Positions 22,543 through 32,400 of a DNA stretch of 46,776 nt are shown in pieces (position 1 is the first letter of the stretch; every line of letters begins with the position of its first letter). Both the position numbers and the translations under genes were made by a program. A model generated the notes under the pieces. That model had not been told where the DNA came from. It saw only the letters and a program-made list of their open reading frames with translations, and made no database searches. Source of the stretch: an uncultured Haemophilus sp. (GTDB lineage Bacteria; Pseudomonadota; Gammaproteobacteria; Enterobacterales; Pasteurellaceae); assembly GCA_963548985.1 (NCBI GenBank), contig CAUUXN010000001.1, forward strand, positions 1 to 46,776, in the 5' to 3' direction.

Positions 22543-22623
22543 TGGTGGAACTAAGCAGAATTGGTCTTAACAGCAAGTGGCTTACTGCATCGCATCCCTG
22601 CGGGATTTCTACCTAGCCCACCA
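22543..22623 (-). ncRNA. C4/CI-like antisense-type small RNA (~81 nt), probably processed from a longer transcript starting near 22747
   Basis: 17-bp closing helix UGGUGGGCUAGGUAGAA / UUCUGCUUAGUUCCACCA with G-U pairs and one bulge; two internal hairpins; 3' CCACCA; two segments complementary to leader sites. Confidence 0.65.
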
Positions 22624-22753
22624 TAGATTTAAAGCATCTCTGGGGTTCCAGTCTGCGATATAAAATTAAAAGATTAAGAATCTTTTAAAAGCCACTTATA
22701 TATTCAGGAGACCAATCCTGACTTCCAAACAAACTACGTTGAAAGGCAGTGTT

Positions 22754-22782
22754 ATGATAGAAGTCTTCCGCTATTTTGTCAA
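22754..22782 (-). promoter_or_regulatory. Strong sigma70 promoter with no downstream protein gene
   Basis: TTGACA (22782-22777), 17-bp spacer, TATCAT (22759-22754). Confidence 0.8.
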
Positions 22783-22866
22783 TTAAGATATTGCACTAAA
22801 AGAAGTATTTTTTCGCTTTTCGCATAAAAATTAACAAAGACATTTCAACTATCACATCAATGTAAC

Positions 22867-22905
22867 AAAAATAAAATAACCGCCTGATTAAAGGCGGTTA
22901 TTTTT
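22867..22905 (-). terminator. crp terminator
   Basis: AAAATAACCGCCT-N6-AGGCGGTTATTTT directly after the crp stop. Confidence 0.85.
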
Positions 22906-22906
22906 G

Positions 22907-23575
22907 CTATCGAGTGCCGTAAACCACAATGGTTTTACCGTGTGCATGAATGAGATTTTGATCTTCTAGCATCTTAATTATTCGCCCTACGGTTTCACGT
23001 GAACAGCCCACCATTTGACCGATTTCCTGACGCGTAATTTTAATCTGCATACCATCCGGATGAGTCATGGCTTCAGGCTGTTTTGCTAAGTGCATAAGCG
23101 CCTGAGCAATACGGCCTGCCACATCCAAAAAGGCCAAGTTAGTTACTTGTCGAGAGGTATTCTGCAAGCGTTTTGATAACTGAGAAGTCAGGAACATTAA
23201 AATCTCAGGATTAATTTGGATAAGCTGACGATATTTTTTATAGGAAATTTCTGCAATTTCACAAGGGGTTTTCGTTTTTACCCAAGCAGAACGCTTCGAG
23301 CCTTCATCAAATAAACCCGCTTCACCAAAAAATTGTCCGGCACCTAAATAAGATAAAATCATCTCTTTGCCTTCATCATCTTTCGATGAAACCATCACCG
23401 TTCCTTTAATTAAGAAATATAAAATATTGGCATCTTCCCCCGCATGAATTAAGGTGGATTTTGCCGGATATTTATGTAAATGGCAGTGCGTTAGGAACCA
23501 ATCCAGAGCAGGATCACGTTGCTGATCATCATCTTGCGGCTTTTGTTCTTCTGATAATTCTACATTTTCTGACAT
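22907..23575 (-). CDS. crp: cAMP receptor protein
   Basis: '[12 protein letters not shown]', cAMP pocket 'GE...RS', HTH '[18 protein letters not shown]'. Confidence 0.97.
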   Translation of the reverse strand: MSENVELSEEQKPQDDDQQRDPALDWFLTHCHLHKYPAKSTLIHAGEDANILYFLIKGTVMVSSKDDEGKEMILSYLGAGQFFGEAGLFDEGSKRSAWVKTKTPCEIAEISYKKYRQLIQINPEILMFLTSQLSKRLQNTSRQVTNLAFLDVAGRIAQALMHLAKQPEAMTHPDGMQIKITRQEIGQMVGCSRETVGRIIKMLEDQNLIHAHGKTIVVYGTR

Positions 23576-23591
23576 ATAAGCTCCTATTGAT

Positions 23592-23810
23592 TTATTTTAG
23601 AAATTCCATTTTATCTTTTATATCAATGGATTCATGTAATTCTGACCAAACAATCACTGCACTTCCATTGTGAATCTTGTTTAGTAGATGTTGTTTTTTT
23701 TGTTCTAAAGAAAATTCGTGTGAACCATAATCGGTACCTTCTCTAAGTACCACACTTTCCACAATATTTTCTAAGGTTTCTGTTGGCAATTCTTGCCACG
23801 GAATAATCAT
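23592..23810 (-). CDS. yheU: YheU (UPF0270) family protein
   Basis: '[26 protein letters not shown]'; start moved to 23810. Confidence 0.88.
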   Translation of the reverse strand: MIIPWQELPTETLENIVESVVLREGTDYGSHEFSLEQKKQHLLNKIHNGSAVIVWSELHESIDIKDKMEFLK

Positions 23811-23831
23811 ATATTTATCAACTAAAGTCAA

Positions 23832-24485
23832 TTAAGCAAAAAGCGGTTCAAGAAAACGCCATTGCTGTTCAAAACTTTGATTTGCGCCTAAACGGAAGTT
23901 TGTGCGGACATAACGCATAAACTGCCCTTCACAGAGCGTCACTAAATGCCCCGCAATAATACGTTCATCGACGTTAAAACCCCGCCCTTCACGTAATTTT
24001 CGCATTTGTAAAATATTCACAAATTGCATTTCAAGACGATCAAAAAATTGCGCGACACGAGCCTGTAAAAGTGGCTCTTCAAACATCAATGCATGTCCGG
24101 TCAAAATACGTGTTAAACCTGGATTTTTACGCGCAAAGTCGAGGATCATCTGCATAATGTCACGCACGCGGTTCATCGTATTGGTTTCATTACGAATTGA
24201 TGTGGTGATACGGCTAAATAAATTCGCTTCAATATTATCGATCAACGCTTCAAACATTTTGGTTTTACTTGGGAAGTAACGATAAAGAGCGGCTTCTGAC
24301 ACGCCCACCTCTTCCGCTAAACGTGCTGTTGTCATACGCTCCATTCCCCGTTCAGAATGCAGCATATGGGTAAGCACCGTCAACACTTGTTGCCGACGTT
24401 CTTTTACCGTACGTTTTTCGATTTTTGGCGGTTTGATTTCCGCCGCAATCTCATCAACTTCTACGAGAGATAATTGTTCTACCAT
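23832..24485 (-). CDS. slmA: Nucleoid occlusion factor SlmA (TetR family)
   Basis: '[23 protein letters not shown]', '[13 protein letters not shown]'; follows dut. Confidence 0.95.
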   Translation of the reverse strand: MVEQLSLVEVDEIAAEIKPPKIEKRTVKERRQQVLTVLTHMLHSERGMERMTTARLAEEVGVSEAALYRYFPSKTKMFEALIDNIEANLFSRITTSIRNETNTMNRVRDIMQMILDFARKNPGLTRILTGHALMFEEPLLQARVAQFFDRLEMQFVNILQMRKLREGRGFNVDERIIAGHLVTLCEGQFMRYVRTNFRLGANQSFEQQWRFLEPLFA

Positions 24486-24488
24486 AGT

Positions 24489-24944
24489 TTATTTTTTACC
24501 TGAATGACCAAAACCGCCCTCACCGCGTTCAGTTTCGGTAAATTCGCTGACAATATTGAATTCCGCTTGTACGACTGGCACGAAGACTAACTGTGCAATA
24601 CGATCACCAACTTCGATTTTGAACGGTTCATGACCTCGATTCCATACCGATACCATTAATGGACCTTGATAATCTGAATCAATTAAGCCCACTAAGTTAC
24701 CTAATACGATACCGTGTTTATGACCTAAACCCGAACGAGGCAGAATCACTGCGGCAAGGTTCGGATCGGCAATATAAATTGAAAGGCCTGTTGGAATAAG
24801 TTTAGTTTCGCCTGGTTGAATTTCAATGCCTTCTTCAAGTAATGCACGTAAATCCAAACCAGCTGAACCTTCGGTTGCATAGGTTGGTAAAGGAAATTCG
24901 TTGCCAATACGGCTATCTAAAATTTTTACATCAATTTTTTTCAT
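24489..24944 (-). CDS. dut: dUTP diphosphatase
   Basis: 'AGLDL', 'PRSG', 'GLIDSDYQG', '[10 protein letters not shown]'. Confidence 0.97.
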   Translation of the reverse strand: MKKIDVKILDSRIGNEFPLPTYATEGSAGLDLRALLEEGIEIQPGETKLIPTGLSIYIADPNLAAVILPRSGLGHKHGIVLGNLVGLIDSDYQGPLMVSVWNRGHEPFKIEVGDRIAQLVFVPVVQAEFNIVSEFTETERGEGGFGHSGKK

Positions 24945-25017
24945 GCTTATTTATCCTTTAAAAGAAATCTGTCATACAAAAGTGCGGTCACAAAATCTAA
25001 CAAATTTTGAGCCTATT

Positions 25018-26220
25018 TTATTTGTGATAATGCGCAACAATTTCAGTGATCAACACTTCTGCCAATTTATTTTTATCAGTTAACGGCAACGCTTTTTCGC
25101 CTGTTTTCCAAAAGATCTGCAAAGCATTTTGATCTTGTCCGAATACTTGCCCACCCGATACATCATTGGCACAAATCATATCTAAATTTTTGCGTTGAAG
25201 TTTGCTCTTCGCATACTCAGCGACATTTTGCGTTTCAGCTGCAAAGCCCACAACAAATGGACGATCTTTTTCTAAACTTGCCACACTCGCGATAATGTCT
25301 GGATTTTTCACCAATTTAAGAGAAAGCTCATCGTTATCATTGGTTTTCTTAATTTTTTGATCAGCAACGTCCGCCACTCGATAATCAGCCACAGCAGCAC
25401 AGCCAATAAAGATGCGATTTTTGACCGCACTTTCAAGGGAGGCTTGCCACATTTCATGGGCGGTTGTTACATCAATACGATGAACATTTTTCGGTGTAGC
25501 CAGATTAACAGGGCCGGCAATTAAGGTGACATTTGCCCCACGTTTTGCAAAGGCCTCGGCAATTGCAAAGCCCATTTTACCTGAGCTGTGATTAGAAATA
25601 TAACGAACAGGATCGATAGCCTCACGCGTTGGGCCTGCCGTAATGGTGACACTTAAATCAGCTAAATCTTGTTGAACGGTAAAGAGTGATTGAAGCGACG
25701 CAAAAATTTCAGCGGGCTCAGACATTCTGCCCGCGCCCACATCACCACAAGCCTGAAAACCGCTATTTGGCCCCACAAAATAAATGCCTCGCGCAGAAAG
25801 AGCGGTCAAATTTTGTTGTGTAATCGCCTGGCGGTACATTTGCTGATTCATAGCCGGTGCGAGCAAAATAGGGGCACTTGTCGCGAGACAAATCGTGCTA
25901 AGTAAATCATTTGCCATTCCAACGGTTAAACGCGCAATAAAATCGGCGCTAGCTGGCGCAATCACAATCGCATCAGCCCATTTGGCCAGCTCAATATGCC
26001 CCATAGCTAATTCAGCTTGAGGATCAAGTAAAGATTGAGAAACCGCATTGCCTGAAATGGCTTGTAACGTTAAAGGCGTGACAAATTCAGCGGCGGCAGG
26101 CGTTAAAGCCACTCGAACTTCTGCATTAGATTTGCGTAATAAACGAATAAACTCAATGGTTTTATAGGCGGCGATGCCTCCTGTAATCCCGACAACAATA
26201 CGCTTTCCGCTCAAGCTCAT
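25018..26220 (-). CDS. coaBC: Bifunctional phosphopantothenoylcysteine decarboxylase/ligase
   Basis: '[10 protein letters not shown]', 'PAMN', '[15 protein letters not shown]', 'GFAAET'. Confidence 0.96.
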   Translation of the reverse strand: MSLSGKRIVVGITGGIAAYKTIEFIRLLRKSNAEVRVALTPAAAEFVTPLTLQAISGNAVSQSLLDPQAELAMGHIELAKWADAIVIAPASADFIARLTVGMANDLLSTICLATSAPILLAPAMNQQMYRQAITQQNLTALSARGIYFVGPNSGFQACGDVGAGRMSEPAEIFASLQSLFTVQQDLADLSVTITAGPTREAIDPVRYISNHSSGKMGFAIAEAFAKRGANVTLIAGPVNLATPKNVHRIDVTTAHEMWQASLESAVKNRIFIGCAAVADYRVADVADQKIKKTNDNDELSLKLVKNPDIIASVASLEKDRPFVVGFAAETQNVAEYAKSKLQRKNLDMICANDVSGGQVFGQDQNALQIFWKTGEKALPLTDKNKLAEVLITEIVAHYHK

Positions 26221-26326
26221 TTGCTACTCCGCTGCAACTTAATAGAATGGATATGTTTTGTGTGTTAGTACTTAACAACTTAAGGTCGCCTATTTTACTT
26301 CAAATTTCGCCAATAAAAAATTTTAT

Positions 26327-26348
26327 TTTTGCGATCTCGATTTCAAAA
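26327..26348 (+). promoter_or_regulatory. CRP-S (competence, Sxy-dependent) site upstream of radC
   Basis: tttTGCGAtctcgaTTTCAaaa vs TGCGA-N6-TCGCA; radC belongs to the H. influenzae CRP-S regulon. Confidence 0.55.
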
Positions 26349-26421
26349 ATAAAACTAGTTTCTCGCAAAGATTGAAAACATCCTGAAAATTGACCGCACT
26401 TTTTTCTTTTCATTAATTAAT

Positions 26422-27087
26422 ATGCAAACAAACTCTCCTTTAATGCCTCGTGAAAAATTGTTGAAATATGGCGTTGAAGCCCTAGAAGATCACGAATTAC
26501 TCGCTATTTTTCTACGAACAGGGATTAAAGGTTGCCCTGTCATGGAATTATCACATAACGTGCTGCAACATTTTGGCTCTCTTCGAACCTTATTAAGCGC
26601 AGATAAAGAAGCCTTTTGCAAAGTAAAAGGATTAGGCATTACGCAGTTTATTCAACTGCAAGCCACCACAGAAATGACAAAGCGGTATCTGAAGCAAGAA
26701 TTACTGATAGAGCATGTATTTAGCGACACATCTACGGTAAAGCTTTATCTTCAAGCGGAGCTTCATCACGAAGAACGTGAAATTTTTATGGTGTTATTTC
26801 TAGATAATCAACATCGTTTGATTAAAAAAGAGCGGTTATTTTTAGGCACAATTAATGTGACGAATGTTTATCCACGAGAAATCATCAAAGAAAGCCTTTA
26901 CTGCAATGCAGCCGCCTTAATTTTGGCTCACAACCACCCTTCTGGCCTAGCAGAACCTAGCTATTCCGACAAAATGATCACACAAAAAATTATTGAAGCT
27001 GCTGAGTTAATGGACATTCGTATTTTGGATCATTTTATTGTCGGCAAAGGGACTTGTTATTCTTTTGCAGAACATAATCTGTTATAG
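26422..27087 (+). CDS. radC: RadC/YicR (UPF0758) JAB-domain protein
   Basis: 'PREKL', 'ELLAIFLRTG', 'AHNHPSG..EPS..D', 'LDH'. Confidence 0.93.
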   Translation: MQTNSPLMPREKLLKYGVEALEDHELLAIFLRTGIKGCPVMELSHNVLQHFGSLRTLLSADKEAFCKVKGLGITQFIQLQATTEMTKRYLKQELLIEHVFSDTSTVKLYLQAELHHEEREIFMVLFLDNQHRLIKKERLFLGTINVTNVYPREIIKESLYCNAAALILAHNHPSGLAEPSYSDKMITQKIIEAAELMDIRILDHFIVGKGTCYSFAEHNLL

Positions 27088-27154
27088 TTTTAGGGAATTT
27101 GATGATTTTTTTATCGTTCATTTCCATTTAAAGACGGAAAAATCGCTTTTGGAC

Positions 27155-27183
27155 TTGAGAAATGAAAATAAAGTCAGTATAAT
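27155..27183 (+). promoter_or_regulatory. sigma70 promoter of rpmB-rpmG
   Basis: TTGAGA-17 bp-TATAAT. Confidence 0.75.
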
Positions 27184-27305
27184 TTGCGACCTTTAATATA
27201 GTAAGTGGGTCGGATACTGCGACCTGACGAGGAAGCAAGCTTAGTTTTAAGCTTCATTATCCGAACCATAAGCTCGAGCTTATATTTAAATTATTGGAGA
27301 TTATT

Positions 27306-27542
27306 ATGTCTAGAGTTTGTCAAGTAACAGGCAAGCGTCCAGCTGTGGGTAATAACCGCTCACACGCGTTGAATGCGACACGTCGTCGTTTTCTTCCAAA
27401 CCTTCACACTCACCGTTTCTGGGTTGAAAGTGAAAACCGTTTCGTAACCTTACGTTTAACTGCGAAAGGTATGCGTATTATTGATAAAAAAGGCATTGAT
27501 GCAGTATTAGCTGAAATCCGTGCTCGTGGCGAAAAAATCTAA
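27306..27542 (+). CDS. rpmB: 50S ribosomal protein L28
   Basis: [12 protein letters not shown]...RRFLPNL; ATG at 27306 after GGAG. Confidence 0.97.
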
Positions 27543-27553
27543 GGAGCTAAAAA

Positions 27554-27724
27554 ATGGCAGCTAAAGGCGCTCGTGAGAAAATCCGTTTAGTTTCTACTGC
27601 AGAGACCGGTCACTTCTACACAACTGATAAAAACAAACGTAATATGCCTGAAAAAATGGAAATCAAAAAATTTGATCCAGTAGTGCGTAAACACGTTATC
27701 TATAAAGAAGCAAAAATCAAATAA
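27554..27724 (+). CDS. rpmG: 50S ribosomal protein L33 (absent from the ORF track)
   Basis: Hand translation: [65 protein letters not shown]. Confidence 0.97.
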
Positions 27725-27737
27725 TTTTGCTGATTTG

Positions 27738-27767
27738 AAAAAAGCCCGACATTGTTCGGGTTTTTTT
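27738..27767 (+). terminator. rpmG terminator
   Basis: AAAAAAGCCCGA-cattgt-TCGGGTTTTTTT. Confidence 0.85.
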
Positions 27768-27796
27768 ATATCACAAATTCATTACCGAGATTATCT

Positions 27797-28612
27797 ATGC
27801 CTGAACTTCCTGAAGTCGAAACTGCCCTGCGTGGTGTCAGCCCTTATTTGAAAGGTTTTACCATTGAAAAAATTGTAGTGCGCCAACCACAATTACGCTG
27901 GGTTGTCTCTCCTGAATTAACAACGCTCAAAAACGTCAAAATTTTAGATACTTCTCGCCGTGCGAAATACCTCATTATTCATACTGAAAAAGGTTATATC
28001 ATTGGTCATTTAGGCATGTCTGGCTCTGTTCGAATTGTGCCGCACGATAGTCCTATTGATAAACACGATCACCTTGATATTGTGATGAATAATGGCAAAT
28101 TACTGCGTTATAACGACCCCAGACGCTTCGGTGCATGGTTATGGACTGAAAACTTAGATGAGTTTCATCTTTTTCTAAAACTTGGCCCAGAACCACTTTC
28201 TGATGAATTTAATGCAGAATACCTTTTTAAAAAATCACGTAAAAAATCGACCGCACTTAAAACCTTTTTAATGGATAATGCTATCGTCGTGGGCGTAGGA
28301 AATATTTATGCCAATGAAACGCTCTTTTTATGTGGTTTGCACCCAATGAAATTAGCCGAAAATCTTACGCGAAACCAATGTGCTTTGCTCGTTGAAACGA
28401 TTAAAAACGTATTAGCAAAAGCCATTACACAAGGTGGAACAACATTAAAAGATTTCTTACAACCTGATGGTCGCCCCGGGTATTTTGCGCAAGAATTGTT
28501 AGTTTACGGAAACAAAGACAAACCTTGTCCAAAATGTGGCACTAAGATTGAAAGTATGATTATTGGGCAACGCAATAGCTTTTATTGCCCACATTGTCAG
28601 AAAAAGAAATAG
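27797..28612 (+). CDS. mutM: Formamidopyrimidine-DNA glycosylase (Fpg)
   Basis: Catalytic N-terminus MPELPEVE (true start 27797), 'HLGMSG', 'GVGNIYANE', C-terminal zinc finger. Confidence 0.97.
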   Translation: MPELPEVETALRGVSPYLKGFTIEKIVVRQPQLRWVVSPELTTLKNVKILDTSRRAKYLIIHTEKGYIIGHLGMSGSVRIVPHDSPIDKHDHLDIVMNNGKLLRYNDPRRFGAWLWTENLDEFHLFLKLGPEPLSDEFNAEYLFKKSRKKSTALKTFLMDNAIVVGVGNIYANETLFLCGLHPMKLAENLTRNQCALLVETIKNVLAKAITQGGTTLKDFLQPDGRPGYFAQELLVYGNKDKPCPKCGTKIESMIIGQRNSFYCPHCQKKK

Positions 28613-28635
28613 GCGTTATACACGCCTATTTTTTT
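28607..28635. terminator. Terminator between convergent mutM and the DUF554 gene
   Basis: AAATAGGCGT-tatac-ACGCCTATTT plus T-run. Confidence 0.75.
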
Positions 28636-29356
28636 AGAAAAAGGTGCTCCAGAAATGAGAAATTGGCATGGCGAGGAAAAGAGCCGGCAACATATTTGCC
28701 ACATGGAACATTTGAATATTACAAATGCGAAAACCTGCCGCTATCATTAGCATACCGCCTACTGCGGCAAAATCACCTCGCATTTCAGGTGTCACAAAAG
28801 GAATAATAAATACTGCAGAATAAGCTAAAATCACTTGAACCAATGTTTGTGGCACAAAAATACTTGCTACAGAAATACCAAGCGATGTAGCAAAGATCAT
28901 CGCGGTGAAAAAATCTAGAAAAGATTTTACAATAAGGATATCAAAATCACCTGTCATCCCTTCATTCATCGCCCCAAAAATCCCCGTTCCACTAAAAGAA
29001 AATAAAATCACAATCGCAACAAATTTAGACAAGAACTCTTCTTGGTTATGCATGCTACTTGGTGTATCAGGGAACATCCTTTCAACAAGGCCTTTCGCTG
29101 ATGAGGCTAGCTTATTAATTCCGTGCTCTAATAAAAGCAATTCCCCAATTATCGTGCCTAATAACACCGATAAAATCATTGCCGGCATATTGGTGGTTTT
29201 CGCCACCATCACAATACCCATTCCCATGGAACATAAGCCAAAGATTAAAGTGAGATTAGTGCGTAAACGCTCTGGGATTCGACCACCTAGCATCGAGCCA
29301 ATGACTGCCCCACTAATAATCGCCAGTGCATTGATATAAGGTCCGATAATCATCAT
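28634..29356 (-). CDS. DUF554-family inner membrane protein (YqgA/YdfK-like)
   Basis: 'GPYINALAI', 'GTIIGE', 'GIFGAMNEGMTGD', 'KSFLDFFTA', 'ANMLPAL'. Confidence 0.8.
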   Translation of the reverse strand: MMIIGPYINALAIISGAVIGSMLGGRIPERLRTNLTLIFGLCSMGMGIVMVAKTTNMPAMILSVLLGTIIGELLLLEHGINKLASSAKGLVERMFPDTPSSMHNQEEFLSKFVAIVILFSFSGTGIFGAMNEGMTGDFDILIVKSFLDFFTAMIFATSLGISVASIFVPQTLVQVILAYSAVFIIPFVTPEMRGDFAAVGGMLMIAAGFRICNIQMFHVANMLPALFLAMPISHFWSTFF

Positions 29357-29424
29357 TCTTCTCCAAATTAAACTGGTTCTATTATACGAAAAACGCGATG
29401 AAAATCGACCGCACTTTTAGCAAT

Positions 29425-29452
29425 AAAAAAGGCATGGTTTCCCATGCCTTTT
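29425..29452 (-). terminator. Terminator of the adhesin gene
   Basis: AAAAGGCATGG-tttc-CCATGCCTTTT. Confidence 0.8.
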
Positions 29453-29468
29453 GTTTATTAACGATAAA

Positions 29469-32400
29469 TTACCAGTGGTAACCTGCACCAACTGCTACAC
29501 CCACTTTACCTTGAGTGTCGCTAGTACCCGCTAAACGAATAATGATTTTACCGTTATCTGAAATACGTGACATACCTAATGCCACTGCATTTTGACCTTG
29601 GTAATTACCCGCTGCCACAGATACCATGCTCTTACCTGGAATGTAAGCTTGTGGTAATTGAGACGCCGCTAACGCGCTTGCTGTACCCGCATTGACACGT
29701 TTACCTAACTTGTTCACTTGACCATTTAAGTGGTTGATCTTGTTATTCATGTCAGCTTTTACTTCGTGTAATTGGCTACCGTTTACCGCATCAGTGCTGT
29801 CTGCTGCAATACGTCCTGGGGCAACATTGGTAATTTGTTTATTACCTGCATCAATACCATTTTTAGTCATACTTGGACCATTTTTAATGGTGACGCCATT
29901 GCTATCAATCACAGTATCGCCAGCAGTGAATTTATTTGCCGTTACGCTTTCCACTTTAAGGTTTTTCTTGATACCTACACGAACATTACCGCTCTTATCA
30001 ATGTTTGTCATCACATTATCGCCACCATCAAACTCACTCCAGTTTGTGTTGCTATCTGCGCCTTTCACATTGATTTGGCTATTTAATTTCGCACCATAAA
30101 CATCGCCTACGTTTGCGCCAAATTTTAAGCCATCGCTTAATGTTGCGATAGTTTCACCACCAAAGTTCATACGATTTGGTGTTTTACCATCAAGATTTGG
30201 TGCTGCATCTTTACCACTAACTACTGTAATTGGTGTTGAATTATCACCTTCGCCAAGATTAATGGTTGTAGTATTAACTGTTTTAGCGGTTACATTTTCA
30301 GCTTTCAAGTCTTTTGTGGTAGAAATCGTGAAGTTAATACCATTCTGTTCAAGTTTGATATTATCACCAGCGATATAGTTTACAGTCGCACCTGGTGCTA
30401 CATTAGCAACTTTAGTACCACTTACTTCACCAGTAGAGCCTTCTTTCTTCGTTGCAGTTGCATTCCAGCCTTTACCCGCAAGTTCTTTCACTGCGTATAA
30501 TTGGCTACCATTCACTGCATCTTTCGATGTGCTCGTTACATCACCATCTTGAACATTAGTGACTTTCTTATCACCAGCATTGATACCATCTGTTGTTACA
30601 GATACATCACCTGCTTTTAAGCCATCTTTATTTAAAGCGACATTATCACCTACTTTCACACCGTCATTATTCATCACGGTATCACCTGCTGTTACGCTAT
30701 CAACTTTGATGTCTTTTGCTAAATTGAAAGTAACATCATTACCTTTTTTAGTAATATTAATGTTCCCATCTGTATTATTTAGGTCAACCGTATCACCAGG
30801 TTTCACATTAGAAGAATCTGCACCATTTGCTGTTAAATTCCAACCCTTGTTAGCCACTTCTTCTACTTTCTTAAGCTGTGAAACATTTACTGCATCAGTA
30901 TCATCTTCACCTGCTTTCAAGCCAGTAATTTTCTTATCACCCATATCAATGCCTTTGTTATTGATCATTACACCACCAATGTCAGCACTATCTAGGCCTT
31001 TAAGATCTTTGGCTAATTTCACGTTTAATGTGCCATTACCGTCAGATTCAACACCAATATTTTTATCAGATAACGTACCCGTTGCACCACCTTTTACAAA
31101 GATTTGATCACCTAAACGACGCTCAAAGTTCTTCGCTGCATTATCACCACCAAAAGTGAGAGCTTTAAATGCTTGTTCAGCGGTTTGATTAATCGCATCA
31201 TTAACATTATTAACTATAGAACCATTTACGGTAATTGGCGCTTTAGTCACGGAAACATCACCTGCTTTCAAACCATTTGAATCAATTTTGGTATCACCCG
31301 CAGTGACACTATCAACTTTAATATTTTTAGCTAAGTTAAACGTCACATTATCATCTGTTGCTTTTTTAGTAATTTGAATGTTGTCATCGGTGTTATTCAA
31401 ATCAACCGTTTCACCAGGTGCTACATTACTACCATTTTGGCCATTAGCAGTTAAATTCCAGCCTTTATTAGCTACTTTTTCCACATCTTTTAATTGTGAA
31501 ACATTCACTGCATCTGTGTCTTCGGTACCCGCTGCAACATTGCTAATTTTATTACCTGCTGCATCAATACCTGATTTAGTGACACTTGGACCACCGGCAA
31601 TTTTTAAACCATCAGTATTAATGGTTGTATCACCAGCTTTTACGCTATCAACTTTGATATCCTTAGCTAATTTGATTTCTAACTTATCAGCACCATCTGC
31701 CACCACGCCAATGTTACCGTTAGAAAGTTTGCTCTCATCAGTTTCACCACCAACTAATTTAACTGTTTCACCTAACTTACGTGTTACATTAGTGCCAGTA
31801 TCACCAGCAAAGGTTAATGGCATATTGCGCACTTTATTAATTGCGTCAGTTACATCACCTGCAGTAGCAAGATTATTTCGATTCTCTGCAGTTGCATTGC
31901 CGTTTCCGTCTGTTTTGATAGTTGTTGTATTCACATCAAATTTCACAATAGTGCCATTATCCGCATCAGTTACATTTACAGTGGTTAAATTACCATCTTT
32001 AAAGTTCACAAAACCGTTGTTATTAATACGTGATTTATCAGTACCATTTTGTTGTACGTTAAAGCCACTATAAGTTAATACGGCATAAAGCTGTGAACCG
32101 TTGATTGCATCAGTTGAATTAGCAGTAACACGCCCCGCACCTACATTTTGAATTTGACGTTCAAAACCCTCTTTACCAACAGAAACAGCACCAAGCGAAT
32201 TATTAGCTAGACCTGCTTTAAACTGTTTATTTTCACTCACGCCATTATCATTTTTAAAAGCGGCTTCATGGGCGGTCCCACCGAAAACATTGCCACCTGC
32301 AACACTATCTTTACCTAGTGCAACTGAATTTTGCACCGTTGCATTAGCTGATGAACCAATCGCTACACCATCAGCTGCCGAGCCAGCTGCGCCCTTACCG

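Noticed and set aside
22543..22566. 3' CCACCA as a tRNA/tmRNA gene or a prophage att remnant
   Set aside because: No T-loop (GTTCRA), anticodon arm or tag ORF, and no integrase nearby; the sequence is explained by pairing with 22607-22623
30600..31700. Repeats as a possible CRISPR array or mobile element
   Set aside because: They are degenerate in-frame protein module repeats; no repeat-spacer pattern, cas gene or transposase occurs in the window
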